A stretch of 64,000 nucleotides of DNA from Andalucia godoyi And28 (taxonomy: Eukaryota; Protista; Jakobida). Position 1 is the first letter of the stretch, and every line of letters starts with the position of its first letter. Positions 11,872 through 22,700 of the stretch are shown here, one piece after another. Position numbers and translations under genes: made by a program. Where the stretch lies: positions 124,001-188,000 of the forward strand of contig VRVR01000007.1 in the NCBI GenBank assembly GCA_009859145.1. Reading direction: 5' to 3'. Below the pieces are notes generated by a model. It was not told the DNA's origin, did not search any database, and was given only the letters and a program-made list of their open reading frames with translations.

Positions 11872-12863
11872 CCGAATTCCACTGCTGTCAATGATAATCG
11901 TTCCGAACGGTTTCACTAGTGCTTTTACTATACTATCCAAAAACAAGACAATAATAAAAATAATAATAATCAGAGATTCCTGTTCCTCTGGACCTTTTTC
12001 TACCAGCTCAGTGTACGGCAGGCCATCGACAACGTCAAAAAACATTATTAAAAAATGGTGCTCCATGACGACTTTGAGAGAGCGTCGGAGGATGGTGCAT
12101 AACGGATGCCGAACAGACACTCTTTGCCATCACAGATAACGCACAAACAGTTTTTCGTAAGAAGCACCTTTTTGCTCACAAGCTCACCATTCGAGAACGA
12201 GTCTCCAATGAAAAGAAGTGAATCAAGTTTCAGTTTCGCCCAGAGATGACGCAATTAATCATGCATGGCCTCTTGAACCTTTTCTTCTGAAGAAATGCTT
12301 AGGGGTTTTTAATCGTCGTTTTTGAGTCCTCATTCGACTCGTTCGTTCCAGTTGTTTTTTTTTTCCCAATGGGGATGAGCAAAAAATGCCGCGCCACTGC
12401 TGTGGTTGAACGAACTCTTTCGAACTTTAGAGCCCCGGAAGTTGGTGATCGCATCGAGGGGCGGCAACCCCCCGCCCCAGCTTTTTTCCGGTACTCACCA
12501 ACTTGCGCTGAGGAAAACACCTTGTCGAGCTGCGTTCTGACGTCAACTCTCAGGCGTGGCAAGTGCTTGGAAAAATCCACTGTTCCAGTACGTGTGAATC
12601 CCCCCTTTCCGCGTGTGACCAAAAATCGGTATTTTTGCTGCAACCAGAAAGGCGAACGCCAGGAGAAAAAAACATTCTGAGGTTTGCTTCGACGTCCCGT
12701 CTACTTCTCTCTTGATGGACCGTCCCGGCGTTTTTGGGCAAATGCAGGCAAACCACCTGCCAATTACGAGTTGGTGCAAGAACCAGGCAAAATTAGCGCA
12801 GCACGGATATCTACCACTTGACCATGACGTCAGCTAAAGCCTGCAGTGGAAGTACGCAGTTCG

Positions 12864-12870
12864 TATATAA
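12864..12870 (+). promoter_or_regulatory. TATA box candidate upstream of HSP20
   Basis: TATATAA about 160 nt upstream of the HSP20 ATG, followed by a T-rich leader. Confidence 0.5.
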
Positions 12871-13028
12871 GCAGGCTGCTAGGTGTGTTTTGTGTGAAGC
12901 TTTTCGTTTTTCATTTTCATTTTACTCCTTTGTTTTGTTTGTTTTCTTTTCTGCAATCAACACAGTCAAAAAAAGAAAAAGAAGTGCCTTTTTGATCTGA
13001 AAGCATCACCCCTAAAAACAAAAACGAA

Positions 13029-13532
13029 ATGTCATACTGGACTGACCCCTTCCGCGAATTCCGTCGTCTTCAAAAGGAGATGGACACGCTGTTTTCTGAG
13101 AGCTTTTCAGGAAACAACGCACTGACGGGTCCTTCTTCGTCGGGAACGGTTGCAACTACCAGCCAGAACGACAATGCTCCGGCGCTCCCAGGACGTCGCT
13201 GGGCACCAGTTGTTGACGTGAAGGAAACCGACAAGGAGATCATTGTGGATGCCGAAGTCCCCGGAATGAACAAGCAGGACATCAAGGTGGAGGTTGACCA
13301 GAACAACGTTCTGAAGATCTACGGCGAGAACAAGTACGAGAAAAAGGTCGACAACGAGAAGTGGCACCGAGTCGAACGTTCATGGGGTTCGTTCACGCGT
13401 ACGCTGCAGCTTCCGGAGACTGCAACGGCGGACAAGATCTCCGCAAAGTACGAGAACGGTGTTCTCCATCTCACGATTCCCAAGCGTGAAGGTGCTCCGG
13501 CCCCGAAGACCAAGTCCATCACGATTGCATGA
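13029..13532 (+). CDS. Small heat-shock protein (HSP20/alpha-crystallin)
   Basis: WAPVVDVKET, AEVPGMNKQDIKV, HRVERSWGSFTRTLQLP, AKYENGVLHLTIPK. Confidence 0.97.
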   Translation: MSYWTDPFREFRRLQKEMDTLFSESFSGNNALTGPSSSGTVATTSQNDNAPALPGRRWAPVVDVKETDKEIIVDAEVPGMNKQDIKVEVDQNNVLKIYGENKYEKKVDNEKWHRVERSWGSFTRTLQLPETATADKISAKYENGVLHLTIPKREGAPAPKTKSITIA

Positions 13533-13964
13533 GGGAGGGGATCCACAACAAAAAAAAAAAAAAGAAAGATCGCATATGGGTGTCGAACGGTGAATCGATG
13601 TGCTGGACTCCTCTTCTTCGCGACAGTACTCTTGTCTTGCAGGTGATAGATACAAGTGCTGGTATCAAATAAAACTGCGAGTTCGCGTATGCGGAAAACA
13701 TGCAATCGCATCACCATTGTTTTGTCCTCCTTAGTTATCTTCCCCCTCCTCTTACCTTCCGCTTCTCTTCTTCTTCTTCTTCTTTTTCTTCTTTTTCGCA
13801 GCTTACTCCTGACAACGGAGTCTAGCAGCCCAACATAGTGCACTCGACGACATGCAAGGTCTCAGGCATGTCTAGCAAAACAGGAGGTTTTCGCAGATTC
13901 GCGCATGCAATGGCGCTTTACCACCAAGACAGCGACACTTGCAAAGCGAGAAGAAGAAATAAGA

Positions 13965-15725
13965 TTAGAACCCTTCAACAAAAGTGTCGTTTGGCCCATA
14001 TATTCCGTTGTTGTCGTCGCGCAACTCTGCAATCAACGAAGACTCTGCAGGCTCTCCCAAGTCTGAAAAGCACTGCTTCCCTGGTCGCGGCCAGAACAAC
14101 ATTTCGAGACGACCAGCTTCGACGTCCAGCCAGTTGATGCCTTCGAAAAACTTGTGCGACTGTATCTGATTATAGTTGGAAAGCCGGTCTTTGGGATCTT
14201 TCCTGAGGAACTGCGAAATGAGATCCTTCGCTTCAGCAGAAACAGAGAGTTTCTCATCGATCGGGAAAGAGTATTGGGCATCAATGATCTTTGAATACAC
14301 CATGTGCCTGGAGACCGCATAAAATGGTGATGATCGGAAGAGCAACTCATACAAGATGCAACCGACAGACCACCAATCCACAGAAACGTCATAATAGTCG
14401 CCACGAATAACTTCCGGCGCTTGAAAGTCCGGGGTGCCACAAAAGGTCTTGGTCGACGTGCCCGGATTCATGTTTTCCTTTGCAAGTCCAAAGTCAGTGA
14501 GTCGAATGTGCCCCGTTTGATCAATGAGAATATTCTCTGGCTTCAAATCTCGGTAAATGACACCGTTCGCATGCAGGTGTCCGACCGCGGCAATGATCTC
14601 TGCAATTAGAAGACGCGCAACAGACTCGGGAAGTGGGAATCCCACTGTCGAGGCCTTGATAAACCTCACAAGATCGCCACCGGGGACGTACTCGAGCACC
14701 ATGGCCAAGAAATTCTTGGTCTGTGCAGTCCCTTCAAGACGAACGATCAACGGGTGCGCAAGCTTTGCAAGAACGACGCGTTCTCTTTGGACGTTTTCCA
14801 TCTGCTTCTGCTGACGAACAGTACTCTTATGAAGCAATTTCAAGGCGTACCATTTTTCTGAATTCTGCTTCTCTCGACATACTATGACTTTTCCAAACGA
14901 TCCTCGTCCAATCATGTTGCCGAATTCCACTCTGCACAGCGGGAAAAATCGAATTTCAGAGGACGCATACTGAAACCAAATGAGATTGGGCACCACAAAT
15001 TCGCAGTCTTCGTGCGTTTCATCCGCTGCCGCTGCCGATTCCATCTCCGAAGAAGAATCGAGGCTGGTCTGCTGCTGCGAATACGAAGCCAGCGAGATCT
15101 GCGTGTCGCGCGCGAGCTGCGTCGTTCTTCCCTGAGAGTCGATCATGTACGCAGAACTCGCTCGTTTGATAACCTTTCCCATTCCGAGCTTCTCAAACGA
15201 CTGGATGATTCGTTCGACTTCCTTTGCTGTCTTGAGCTCAAATACATACGACGTCAACACGGAAATCGAAAATGAATTTGGATTTTCTTCATCTTGCGAA
15301 ATTTCAAAAACGTCTTCAGACGGATGAAACCACTGCGTCGAGGATCCTTTTTCATTGGATATTCCTGCTCGCGACATTTTTAGTCGTCGAGACTGTCGGG
15401 CACCGGCCTTGTTCACCTTGATGACATCGAACGCAAGCTGAGCGCCTTCGTGTGCCGACGTCGTTTGTCTTCTCGACAGCCGAATCGAGCCTCTTCTTCC
15501 TCCCGGAAGCGGATTGGAAACATTCAACAAGCTAGAAGAGCTAGGAGACGACATTGCAGAAGCAGAAGGGGACGCAGGAATATCCTGCAAATACCCATTC
15601 CGTGATGAGTGTGAATGCCCAGGAGAGTGCCCCGATAGTGATTCATCTTCCCAATGATCGACGCTGGCTCGCAACGACGACATTTCCCGCTCCAGCCGCA
15701 CGCGATCTTCAACTTTAACCTCCAC
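13965..15725 (-). CDS. AGC-family Ser/Thr kinase with an N-terminal PH-like region
   Basis: IGRGSFGKV, YALK, YRDLKPEN, DFG, TFCGTPDF, DWWSVG motifs and an AGC C-terminal tail. Confidence 0.95.
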   Translation of the reverse strand: MEVKVEDRVRLEREMSSLRASVDHWEDESLSGHSPGHSHSSRNGYLQDIPASPSASAMSSPSSSSLLNVSNPLPGGRRGSIRLSRRQTTSAHEGAQLAFDVIKVNKAGARQSRRLKMSRAGISNEKGSSTQWFHPSEDVFEISQDEENPNSFSISVLTSYVFELKTAKEVERIIQSFEKLGMGKVIKRASSAYMIDSQGRTTQLARDTQISLASYSQQQTSLDSSSEMESAAAADETHEDCEFVVPNLIWFQYASSEIRFFPLCRVEFGNMIGRGSFGKVIVCREKQNSEKWYALKLLHKSTVRQQKQMENVQRERVVLAKLAHPLIVRLEGTAQTKNFLAMVLEYVPGGDLVRFIKASTVGFPLPESVARLLIAEIIAAVGHLHANGVIYRDLKPENILIDQTGHIRLTDFGLAKENMNPGTSTKTFCGTPDFQAPEVIRGDYYDVSVDWWSVGCILYELLFRSSPFYAVSRHMVYSKIIDAQYSFPIDEKLSVSAEAKDLISQFLRKDPKDRLSNYNQIQSHKFFEGINWLDVEAGRLEMLFWPRPGKQCFSDLGEPAESSLIAELRDDNNGIYGPNDTFVEGF

Positions 15726-16009
15726 AACAACAGCAAAAATCAGAATTCAAAACATCAAAAAACAGAAGAAACGAATACACACACTGTCGCATCCCGTTGG
15801 TACCAGTATGCATTATCTGAATATGCACTTTGGGAGAGTTCTCTTTTCTGCCGGATCTATTTGCTTCCGCAAGACGTTGGGGACCTTTGCGGCTGTTTCA
15901 CGACCAGTCCACTCGCCCACTCACTCCATGCATGTGCAGTGGGTGAATTGGATGTGATGGGAGAAATAGCGGAAGCGGGGTAGTGTTTGCTTGGCATCTA
16001 TATGCGATT

Positions 16010-16708
16010 ATGCATGTTGTATGGAGCGGGGGATCGATGGGAGGCCCCGCGTTGTTGGTGATTGATATGCAGAATGACTTTTGTCATGCTGACGGAGCAC
16101 TCTGCAAAACGTTTCCTGATATCGATACTGTCATTCGCAATGTTGCACGCTGCGTTCGACACTGCAGGGTTGCGGGGCTGCCTGTAGTGTGGGTTGTGTC
16201 CGAGTACGATTCCGTTTCGTCATCCATCGCAAAGGACGCCGCAGTGCAAAAGCATGTTCAGCGGTTCAAGAACGGAGTACCCCTCAAGGACGAGTACTTG
16301 GCAGGCAGGTATGTTTCAGGAAATGACGCATCAAGTCCTCCATGCTGTGCGGCAGGTTCTTGGGGCGCAGAGATTGTATCGGAACTACAGAATATGGTCC
16401 AGCCGCACGACGCCGTGGTTGTCAAGTCGTGGTATTCTGCATTCACGGAAACCACACTGTTGGACACACTTCGGAAACAGTCGCCGTCCGTCACTGAACT
16501 CGTTTGCTGCGGGGTCTCAACGAGCACATGTGTGCTGGCGACGATGTTGGACGCCTTTGAACAAGGCTTCCGAACCAGTTTGCTGGGGGACGGAACTTCT
16601 GCCTCCGATGAACAGCGGTACGACATGGCTTGTTCATGGATATCGCACTTTTCCGAGACGGTTCCGACATCGAGGTTTTGTTCTGGCGAGTTCACAAACC
16701 TGTACTGA
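16010..16708 (+). CDS. Isochorismatase-like cysteine hydrolase (nicotinamidase/amidase fold)
   Basis: LLVIDMQNDF, VVKSWYSAF and CGVSTSTCVLAT supply the Asp-Lys-Cys triad; start at 16010 or 16037. Confidence 0.93.
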   Translation: MHVVWSGGSMGGPALLVIDMQNDFCHADGALCKTFPDIDTVIRNVARCVRHCRVAGLPVVWVVSEYDSVSSSIAKDAAVQKHVQRFKNGVPLKDEYLAGRYVSGNDASSPPCCAAGSWGAEIVSELQNMVQPHDAVVVKSWYSAFTETTLLDTLRKQSPSVTELVCCGVSTSTCVLATMLDAFEQGFRTSLLGDGTSASDEQRYDMACSWISHFSETVPTSRFCSGEFTNLY

Positions 16709-16877
16709 CACTTTTTACTACACGGAGACAAATCCGCATATATTTGTGTACATAAAAAAGTGCAATTTGCAACAGCCACAATGATAATGATGACGCAAGA
16801 ACCAAAAAATAATAATAATAACAATAATAAATAAATAAATCAAATTGCAAAGAGAAGCATTTGAACCCGCACAGCTA

Positions 16878-18287
16878 CTAATGATCCACGGTGTTTGGCT
16901 CCACTGCTTGTGGTCCACCGCCGATTCTCTGCACTAGCGCCATATCTTTGTTCATAAGCGTGACTCGTCTGGCATGGATTGAAGTAAGAATCCCCAGTTC
17001 AAACTGCGAGATCAAGTACGCTTCCGCAGCTTCTTGAAGAGCTTCAATGGCCCCCGGCTGGAATCGATAATGCAAACCATCTTCTTCACGAGTTCCAACG
17101 ATTTCCTTAACCAGCCGCAGAAACGGGCGTTTTCGCAGGCAAAAGTCCACTCTGGTTTGCAATTGTCTGATTTCCGTTAAAGCTCGCTCACCAGGTCTGA
17201 GCCTCTTATTCTTCTTCTTCTTGCTGTTCTTCTCCGAATCGGATGCTCGCGCTCTCGACGAGGAAGAAATCATGATCGCGCCGCGTGTGGTCACCTTGTG
17301 ATTCAATGAGACTCCGGAGCTCGACACTTTCCGGGCGGGATTCACCGTTCCAGGTTGAACTCTCTTTGCAGGTTCCTTCATTGCCGCAGACCGACCAGCG
17401 GAGCTTACAGAAATCGACCGACGCGTATTCTGTGATGACGACTTCCAAAAGTCAGGCGGCACAACAGCCTCCACAACAGACGATGCGGATCCAGAATCGG
17501 AAGCCATTCGAGACATCTTGCCGCCAGTCCGTTTTTGAGCGCTTCCAAGAGCTTTCTTTGCCTCCTCCTCCTCCTCCTCCTCCTCCTCCTCATCATCATC
17601 GTCGTCGTCGTCGTCGTCGTCGTCAGCAGCCGCAAACGGCGGATGCGGTCGCTTCCTGGCAATTCGACTAGCAGTACGAGCGGCAGCCGCAGTCTTCATT
17701 TTATCCAACCTGCCTACGATTTCATCATTGTCATCGTCATTGTCATTGTCATTGTCATCGTCGTCGTTAGGCAGAACAGGAAGAGCTGAGCCTGATATGG
17801 GTCCGCCAGTCCGTCTTGCAAAATTCCGATTGACAGAACCGGAGGACAGAGCCGGAACTGACACGACAGGCTCCAGTGAGACATCGGCATCTGGAGATTG
17901 GATAGGAGTGATGACCGATTCATTGACAGAAAACTGGTTTTGGGTCTCTTTGCCAGCAACTTCCAACATGTATTCATCCAGATCCGAGTCTGAAATCTCA
18001 ACAGCATTGACCTCCATTCGTTCTTCATCAGGACAGCTTTGCGAATCGAAAAAACCTCTCAGCATCAAAAGACCGCGATCCGAAAGCTCTCGCGTGATAT
18101 GGAACAATTGCTCAAACTTTGAATTTGCGCTCACCCGTGCCAACCTCCCATTTCGACCGCGGCTCAGATACTCGTTTCCATCCTCTGCGATCAGTCGCAA
18201 ATACTGAAGAAGAAACTTGCGTCTCTCGCGATTCACATCTATATGAATTACATTTCGTCGCACAGGTATCACTTTCTCTCGCGGCAT
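16878..18287 (-). CDS. Divergent histone H3 variant with a very long N-terminus, probably centromeric CenH3/CENP-A
   Basis: C-terminal histone fold RPGERALTEIRQLQ...PFLRLVKEI...RFQPGAIEALQEAAEAYL...IHARRVTLMNKDMALVQRI. Confidence 0.88.
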   Translation of the reverse strand: MPREKVIPVRRNVIHIDVNRERRKFLLQYLRLIAEDGNEYLSRGRNGRLARVSANSKFEQLFHITRELSDRGLLMLRGFFDSQSCPDEERMEVNAVEISDSDLDEYMLEVAGKETQNQFSVNESVITPIQSPDADVSLEPVVSVPALSSGSVNRNFARRTGGPISGSALPVLPNDDDDNDNDNDDDNDEIVGRLDKMKTAAAARTASRIARKRPHPPFAAADDDDDDDDDDDEEEEEEEEEEAKKALGSAQKRTGGKMSRMASDSGSASSVVEAVVPPDFWKSSSQNTRRSISVSSAGRSAAMKEPAKRVQPGTVNPARKVSSSGVSLNHKVTTRGAIMISSSSRARASDSEKNSKKKKNKRLRPGERALTEIRQLQTRVDFCLRKRPFLRLVKEIVGTREEDGLHYRFQPGAIEALQEAAEAYLISQFELGILTSIHARRVTLMNKDMALVQRIGGGPQAVEPNTVDH

Positions 18288-18819
18288 TTCTTTGTGACTT
18301 TTTCCCCCCCTTCTTCAACAAACAAACAATCAGACAATAAATTAGTGAATGAATAAATTAATTAACACACAACTCGTGTCAGGAAAACGAAAGGAGGTAG
18401 AGGCTGGAAAAGGGAAGGCGCTGGGAAGTTGAATCAACTGATGATGCCCAGATGCTTGATGCCTGTTGATGTATCGGAAAGTCGGGTGTCTACTACAGTC
18501 CGCAGAGTCTCTTCCTTTTTCCGCTGGCCAAAAACATGGATCATTATGGATCATCGGCTACGCTGTCACCGACGACAGATCGAAGCCACGTGTTTTTGCT
18601 TCTTTATTTGGGGGCGAGCACCAACTCTTCAATGCAGTCAAAGGGTCATCGCAACCAACATATTCCCCAATCGATTCAACATTCAATAATTGAACGTTTG
18701 GAGGAAACAGAATGTGGTCGGCGGCGTTGCACATCGCATGTGCAGTTCTCTGACGACGCTTTTGCGTTTGCTCCTTCTTGTTCTCACACAATCGATCACA
18801 TCTTCGTGATTTGATCATC

Positions 18820-19021
18820 AGCTTGCTCAACAAGAACAGAAGATAGCAGAAAGAAAAAGAAATCCTCGACTTGACTACGGTAAGAAAATCGGATTGTTTT
18901 TTATTTTATTTAATGCTCAACGTTGAAGCACAAAGCTGTCAATCGTTGCATTCTTCCAGCTCAAGTGCTTTTCTTGCAGCACGTCGATAATGGTGAACAG
19001 TTCCCAACTGCCAACATTTGA
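18820..19021 (+). CDS. 3' exons of a possible small spliced gene (...LAQQEQKIAERKRNPRLDY|AQVLFLQHVDNGEQFPTANI*)
   Basis: Intron-like 18880-18959 (GTAAGA...TTCCAG) joins two open segments, and AATAAA follows the stop. 5' exons are unresolved; the segment could instead be UTR. Confidence 0.35.
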
Positions 19022-19073
19022 CGTGGGGAATAAAGAAGAGAAAACAAGGTCAGAGAAAGAAAGAAAGAAAGAA

Positions 19074-19109
19074 AGAAGAAGAAGAAGAAGAAGAAGAAGA
19101 AGAAGAAGA
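19074..19109 (+). repeat. (GAA)n microsatellite
   Basis: Perfect GAA run immediately before an ATG. Confidence 0.95.
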
Positions 19110-19658
19110 ATGTTGAGGGGATTCACGGTACCATCGCGACGATTCGGGACGATTGCGTTGGGAGATCATATTGGAATGATGGATATTCGATGTGGAAAGA
19201 TTATAGAAATCACAAAGCATCCAAATGCAGACTCGCTGTTTGTTGAAAAAGTTGATGTTGGAGGTTCATCCATGACGGTTGTTTCAGGGTTGGTGAAATG
19301 GCACACTGCGGAGGAGCTCTTGAATGCCAAAGTGCTCGTCATTTGCAACATGAAACCATCCAAGCTTCGTGGCATTGATTCTGAAGGAATGCTGTTGGCT
19401 GCTGGTTTGAATCGCGAGCTGCCCAATGAGCAAGTGAAGGCGCTGTTTGCTCCATCAGACGCGGCGCTTGGAGCACGAATGGAAACTCCGCAGTTTCCTT
19501 TTAGTTCCGTGCTTGAAATCTTGAGCAGCAACAAGATGAAAAAGCTGCTTGCAGAGCTGAAAACGGATGAAAAGGGACACGTTGTATTCCGGAATCATCC
19601 AATGTTCGTGCAGGATCGCCCAGTAATATCATCCTTGTCGAATGCGCAAATCAGCTGA
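19110..19658 (+). CDS. Stand-alone tRNA-binding OB-fold protein (EMAP II/Arc1p/Trbp111-like), possibly mitochondrial
   Basis: DIRCGKIIEITKHPNADSLFVEKVDVG, TVVSGL, CNMKPSKLRGIDSEGMLL. ATG at 19110 directly follows a GAA repeat; the N-terminus MLRGFTVPSRRFG is presequence-like. Confidence 0.9.
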   Translation: MLRGFTVPSRRFGTIALGDHIGMMDIRCGKIIEITKHPNADSLFVEKVDVGGSSMTVVSGLVKWHTAEELLNAKVLVICNMKPSKLRGIDSEGMLLAAGLNRELPNEQVKALFAPSDAALGARMETPQFPFSSVLEILSSNKMKKLLAELKTDEKGHVVFRNHPMFVQDRPVISSLSNAQIS

Positions 19659-19723
19659 CACTTCCATGCAATGCATGCAGATACCATTCTTTAACTACAT
19701 TAAAACAAAAACTTTTTAACGGA

Positions 19724-22700
19724 TTATGAAACTGCTGCGGCATACTCAACCAGATTCACGGCAACAACGCGGAATCGACACGCATTTCGGCTGGACGCCG
19801 TGCGATCAAGTCCGTCCGAAGACGACAGAGAAGGAGAAGCGCAGACCCTCAGCACCACCCTTGTAGGACCGTCAGCAATGTAGTTTGTTAGGTTGAGCTG
19901 GACAATTCGGCGCGTCGCAAATCGGTCCACACAGCTAATTTCGCCATCGTCGTCGTCATCGTTGCCGGACACGGATACTACAGAGAGCGCCGACGCCGAT
20001 GAGGATGATGATGCACCATTTTCGTGACGCATCAATGACACCAGAGGCGTGGTGGACGCCGACTCATGCTCCACGGAACCTGACGACATGGTTGCAGAAT
20101 GAGAGCGGGCCGGACCAGGCGGATGAGAATGTCCGCAGACAACCTCTTCTCCAGGGGATGAAACTAGGATAACTTCTGCGGAGCTGCCAACGACGCCATG
20201 ATGAACAATTGAACACGATACATATATCGTCTCCAAGTAGTCTATTGCAAAACGTAATGCAACCAAAGATCCATGGTTGGTCTCAGGAATTGTTGGAACA
20301 GTCACGGAAAAAGAAGCAGCGCCACCCTCCAACGAGCTGAGATTTGAATATACCGGGAAATTATCAAGAAGCACGGGAGAGCCTTTCGCTACATACGATT
20401 TGGGAGTAGTGATGCTTGGAACACGAAAAAGGAACGAGGAATCTGACGCAAACACAATATCCCCGTTGGAAACGTCTCGACAAATTGTGTGCACACCGTG
20501 TATCGCAACAATTCTCTGAGATTCGACTGGTGCGACCCGGTAGTCATCCGCCAATAACGAGACACCTAGGAAGGAGGACCGACGGTTACGAGTTTCCACA
20601 CTATCGACCGAGTCATCCCTTGAAAACTCCGTCCGGCGATGAGATTGGAGCCGATTGTTGAATTTGGCGTGTACCTCTTTTCGAATCGACAAAACTTCGT
20701 TTGCCCGCATCTGTTGGATTTCAGAAAGCGACTTGTAACAGCTCTCGATTGCAGATGCTGCTCGTGTTCCCGGGGCTGAAACAGTGCTTCGGATAAATAC
20801 AACACCTGAGACCGGAATCGCCCTAATCACGCACGACTCTGCGTTCACAAAATTCAAAGCGAGGTACACGTGACTGTTGTTTTCACCACCAAAACATGCC
20901 GCATCCACAGACATCCGTGACTGCGACAGCGAGTCGCATGCAGAGAGATAATACTTGTCAAAATTGGCACCATTGTCCAGGCTCACAAAGAAACAAGATT
21001 CTTGCTCCGATATCAAGCAAATGTGGGCTCCATCCAGAACTACCTTTGAAATTGAGGAGCATTGAGTAGTCCTCAGTGACTCCCAATCTTCCCGGCGGCT
21101 TAGATCAGCGTACGAAGAGCGGAACACATTGCAGGAATTTGTCACGAACAGGAAACAAAAATCATACTTCGCTGCTGGGACTGCTGCGTCTGTCACCATC
21201 TCCGTTTCTTCCTCAGTTGCAGAGGAATCGGACGATGCATTCTCACCTTGTGACAGCACAGTGGCCACCTCTGACGGACGAAACAACAAATCAGACAGGG
21301 ATTTCAGAGGCGGATCCTGGAAAAACAATGAACGCACATCGTACGCCGAATACTCAACGGAGTCCTCCGTCACAGCACTAGCAACGCGAATGCAAGACTC
21401 CACAGCCTCAGAAAACACAGAAAAATCGTGGATCGGATCCTCCATCGGGAAAACACGAAGATTCTTCCACTTCCATTCTGCAAGTGGGATGAATTCATGC
21501 GAGATATCAAACGATGCCTGGCAGAAAACGTGCTCATCCATCTTCTGAAAATGCACGAGACAGAAAATCTGCACAGACGAAAAATCGCAAAAAATTTGAG
21601 CTTTCTCAATGACGAATGGTTCACCAGAAAAGGAAGGGAAGACTGGGCTCCAGATATTTGAATGCTTGCGAATCCACAGAGAGGCGTCCGCAGCGATTGC
21701 AACTGTAACGTCTTTGCGTGAGGACGACCAAATTCCAACAAATGGACATGTTGACAGCCAGGGGGACGGTGGCAAGTCCACATTGACCGACGAAATGCTC
21801 TGGTGCGTGGTGAATGGGATGTTTTTCAAAAGGTATCCCTTCTGTACATACATCGCGGGAAGTACTTCCATGGGAAGCACCAAAGGAGACGTACCGCCAT
21901 TCAGTTTCGCCAAGACTGCAGCAAAATCAATGGGCTTGTGCTGCTTGAATTCTGAAAACACCACCTTCTTCAGGGCATTTTGGGCAAAACGCTGATGTGC
22001 AACGCGACGGAGTCGCTCTCGTCTTGACTCCAGTTGGCTTCCAGAATAAGCCATGCAAAAGGAACGTACATCCTCTGCGAGAACAAAAAATAGTGTTCTT
22101 AACTTGCGAAGCGCGGCATCTTCCCCATACGACTCTGTAATGGAAATGACCTGTTCCTTCCACGTGGAACGCTTTCCAAACGTAGACATGCTCGAGAATG
22201 CTGTGGATTGCAAAACACTCTGCAAATGCAGCAACAAAAATTGTAATTCCAATACGTTCAGAAACCAACTCTTGCAACTCTTGCAAAAACGTCTGCGGGC
22301 CGCCGCATCACAGACGTGGATAAACGCCGACGGAGGGCTCTTATCCGCGAAATCCGCAAACAGAGCGCCGACATCTTGGCATGTCAACTCACCGCGGGTC
22401 TTGATGGCTTGTCTTTCTACTCGAGTACGATGCATCACAATTGCCCCAAACACAAAGATCGCGCAGACCCAGACGCAAAACAACGCAATCCACATCCACG
22501 ATCCGCCAGGATCCCGTTCTACACTGATGATCGCAAGCAGTGAGGAAATCGCACAGCTTCCATAGCCAAGTCCTCGAAAAAGACCAGCTGCTGGGATGGT
22601 CGCCACATCATACGACGAAGAAGGCACCAAAGTGAAAAGCGCTAAAAAAACAAATACAACAAAGTAAACGCACAAGAATGCAAGAGGGGCTTCGAAGGAA

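Noticed and set aside
18474-18490. GGAAAGTCGGG resembling RNase P CR-I
   Set aside because: No matching CR-V/P4 partner downstream.
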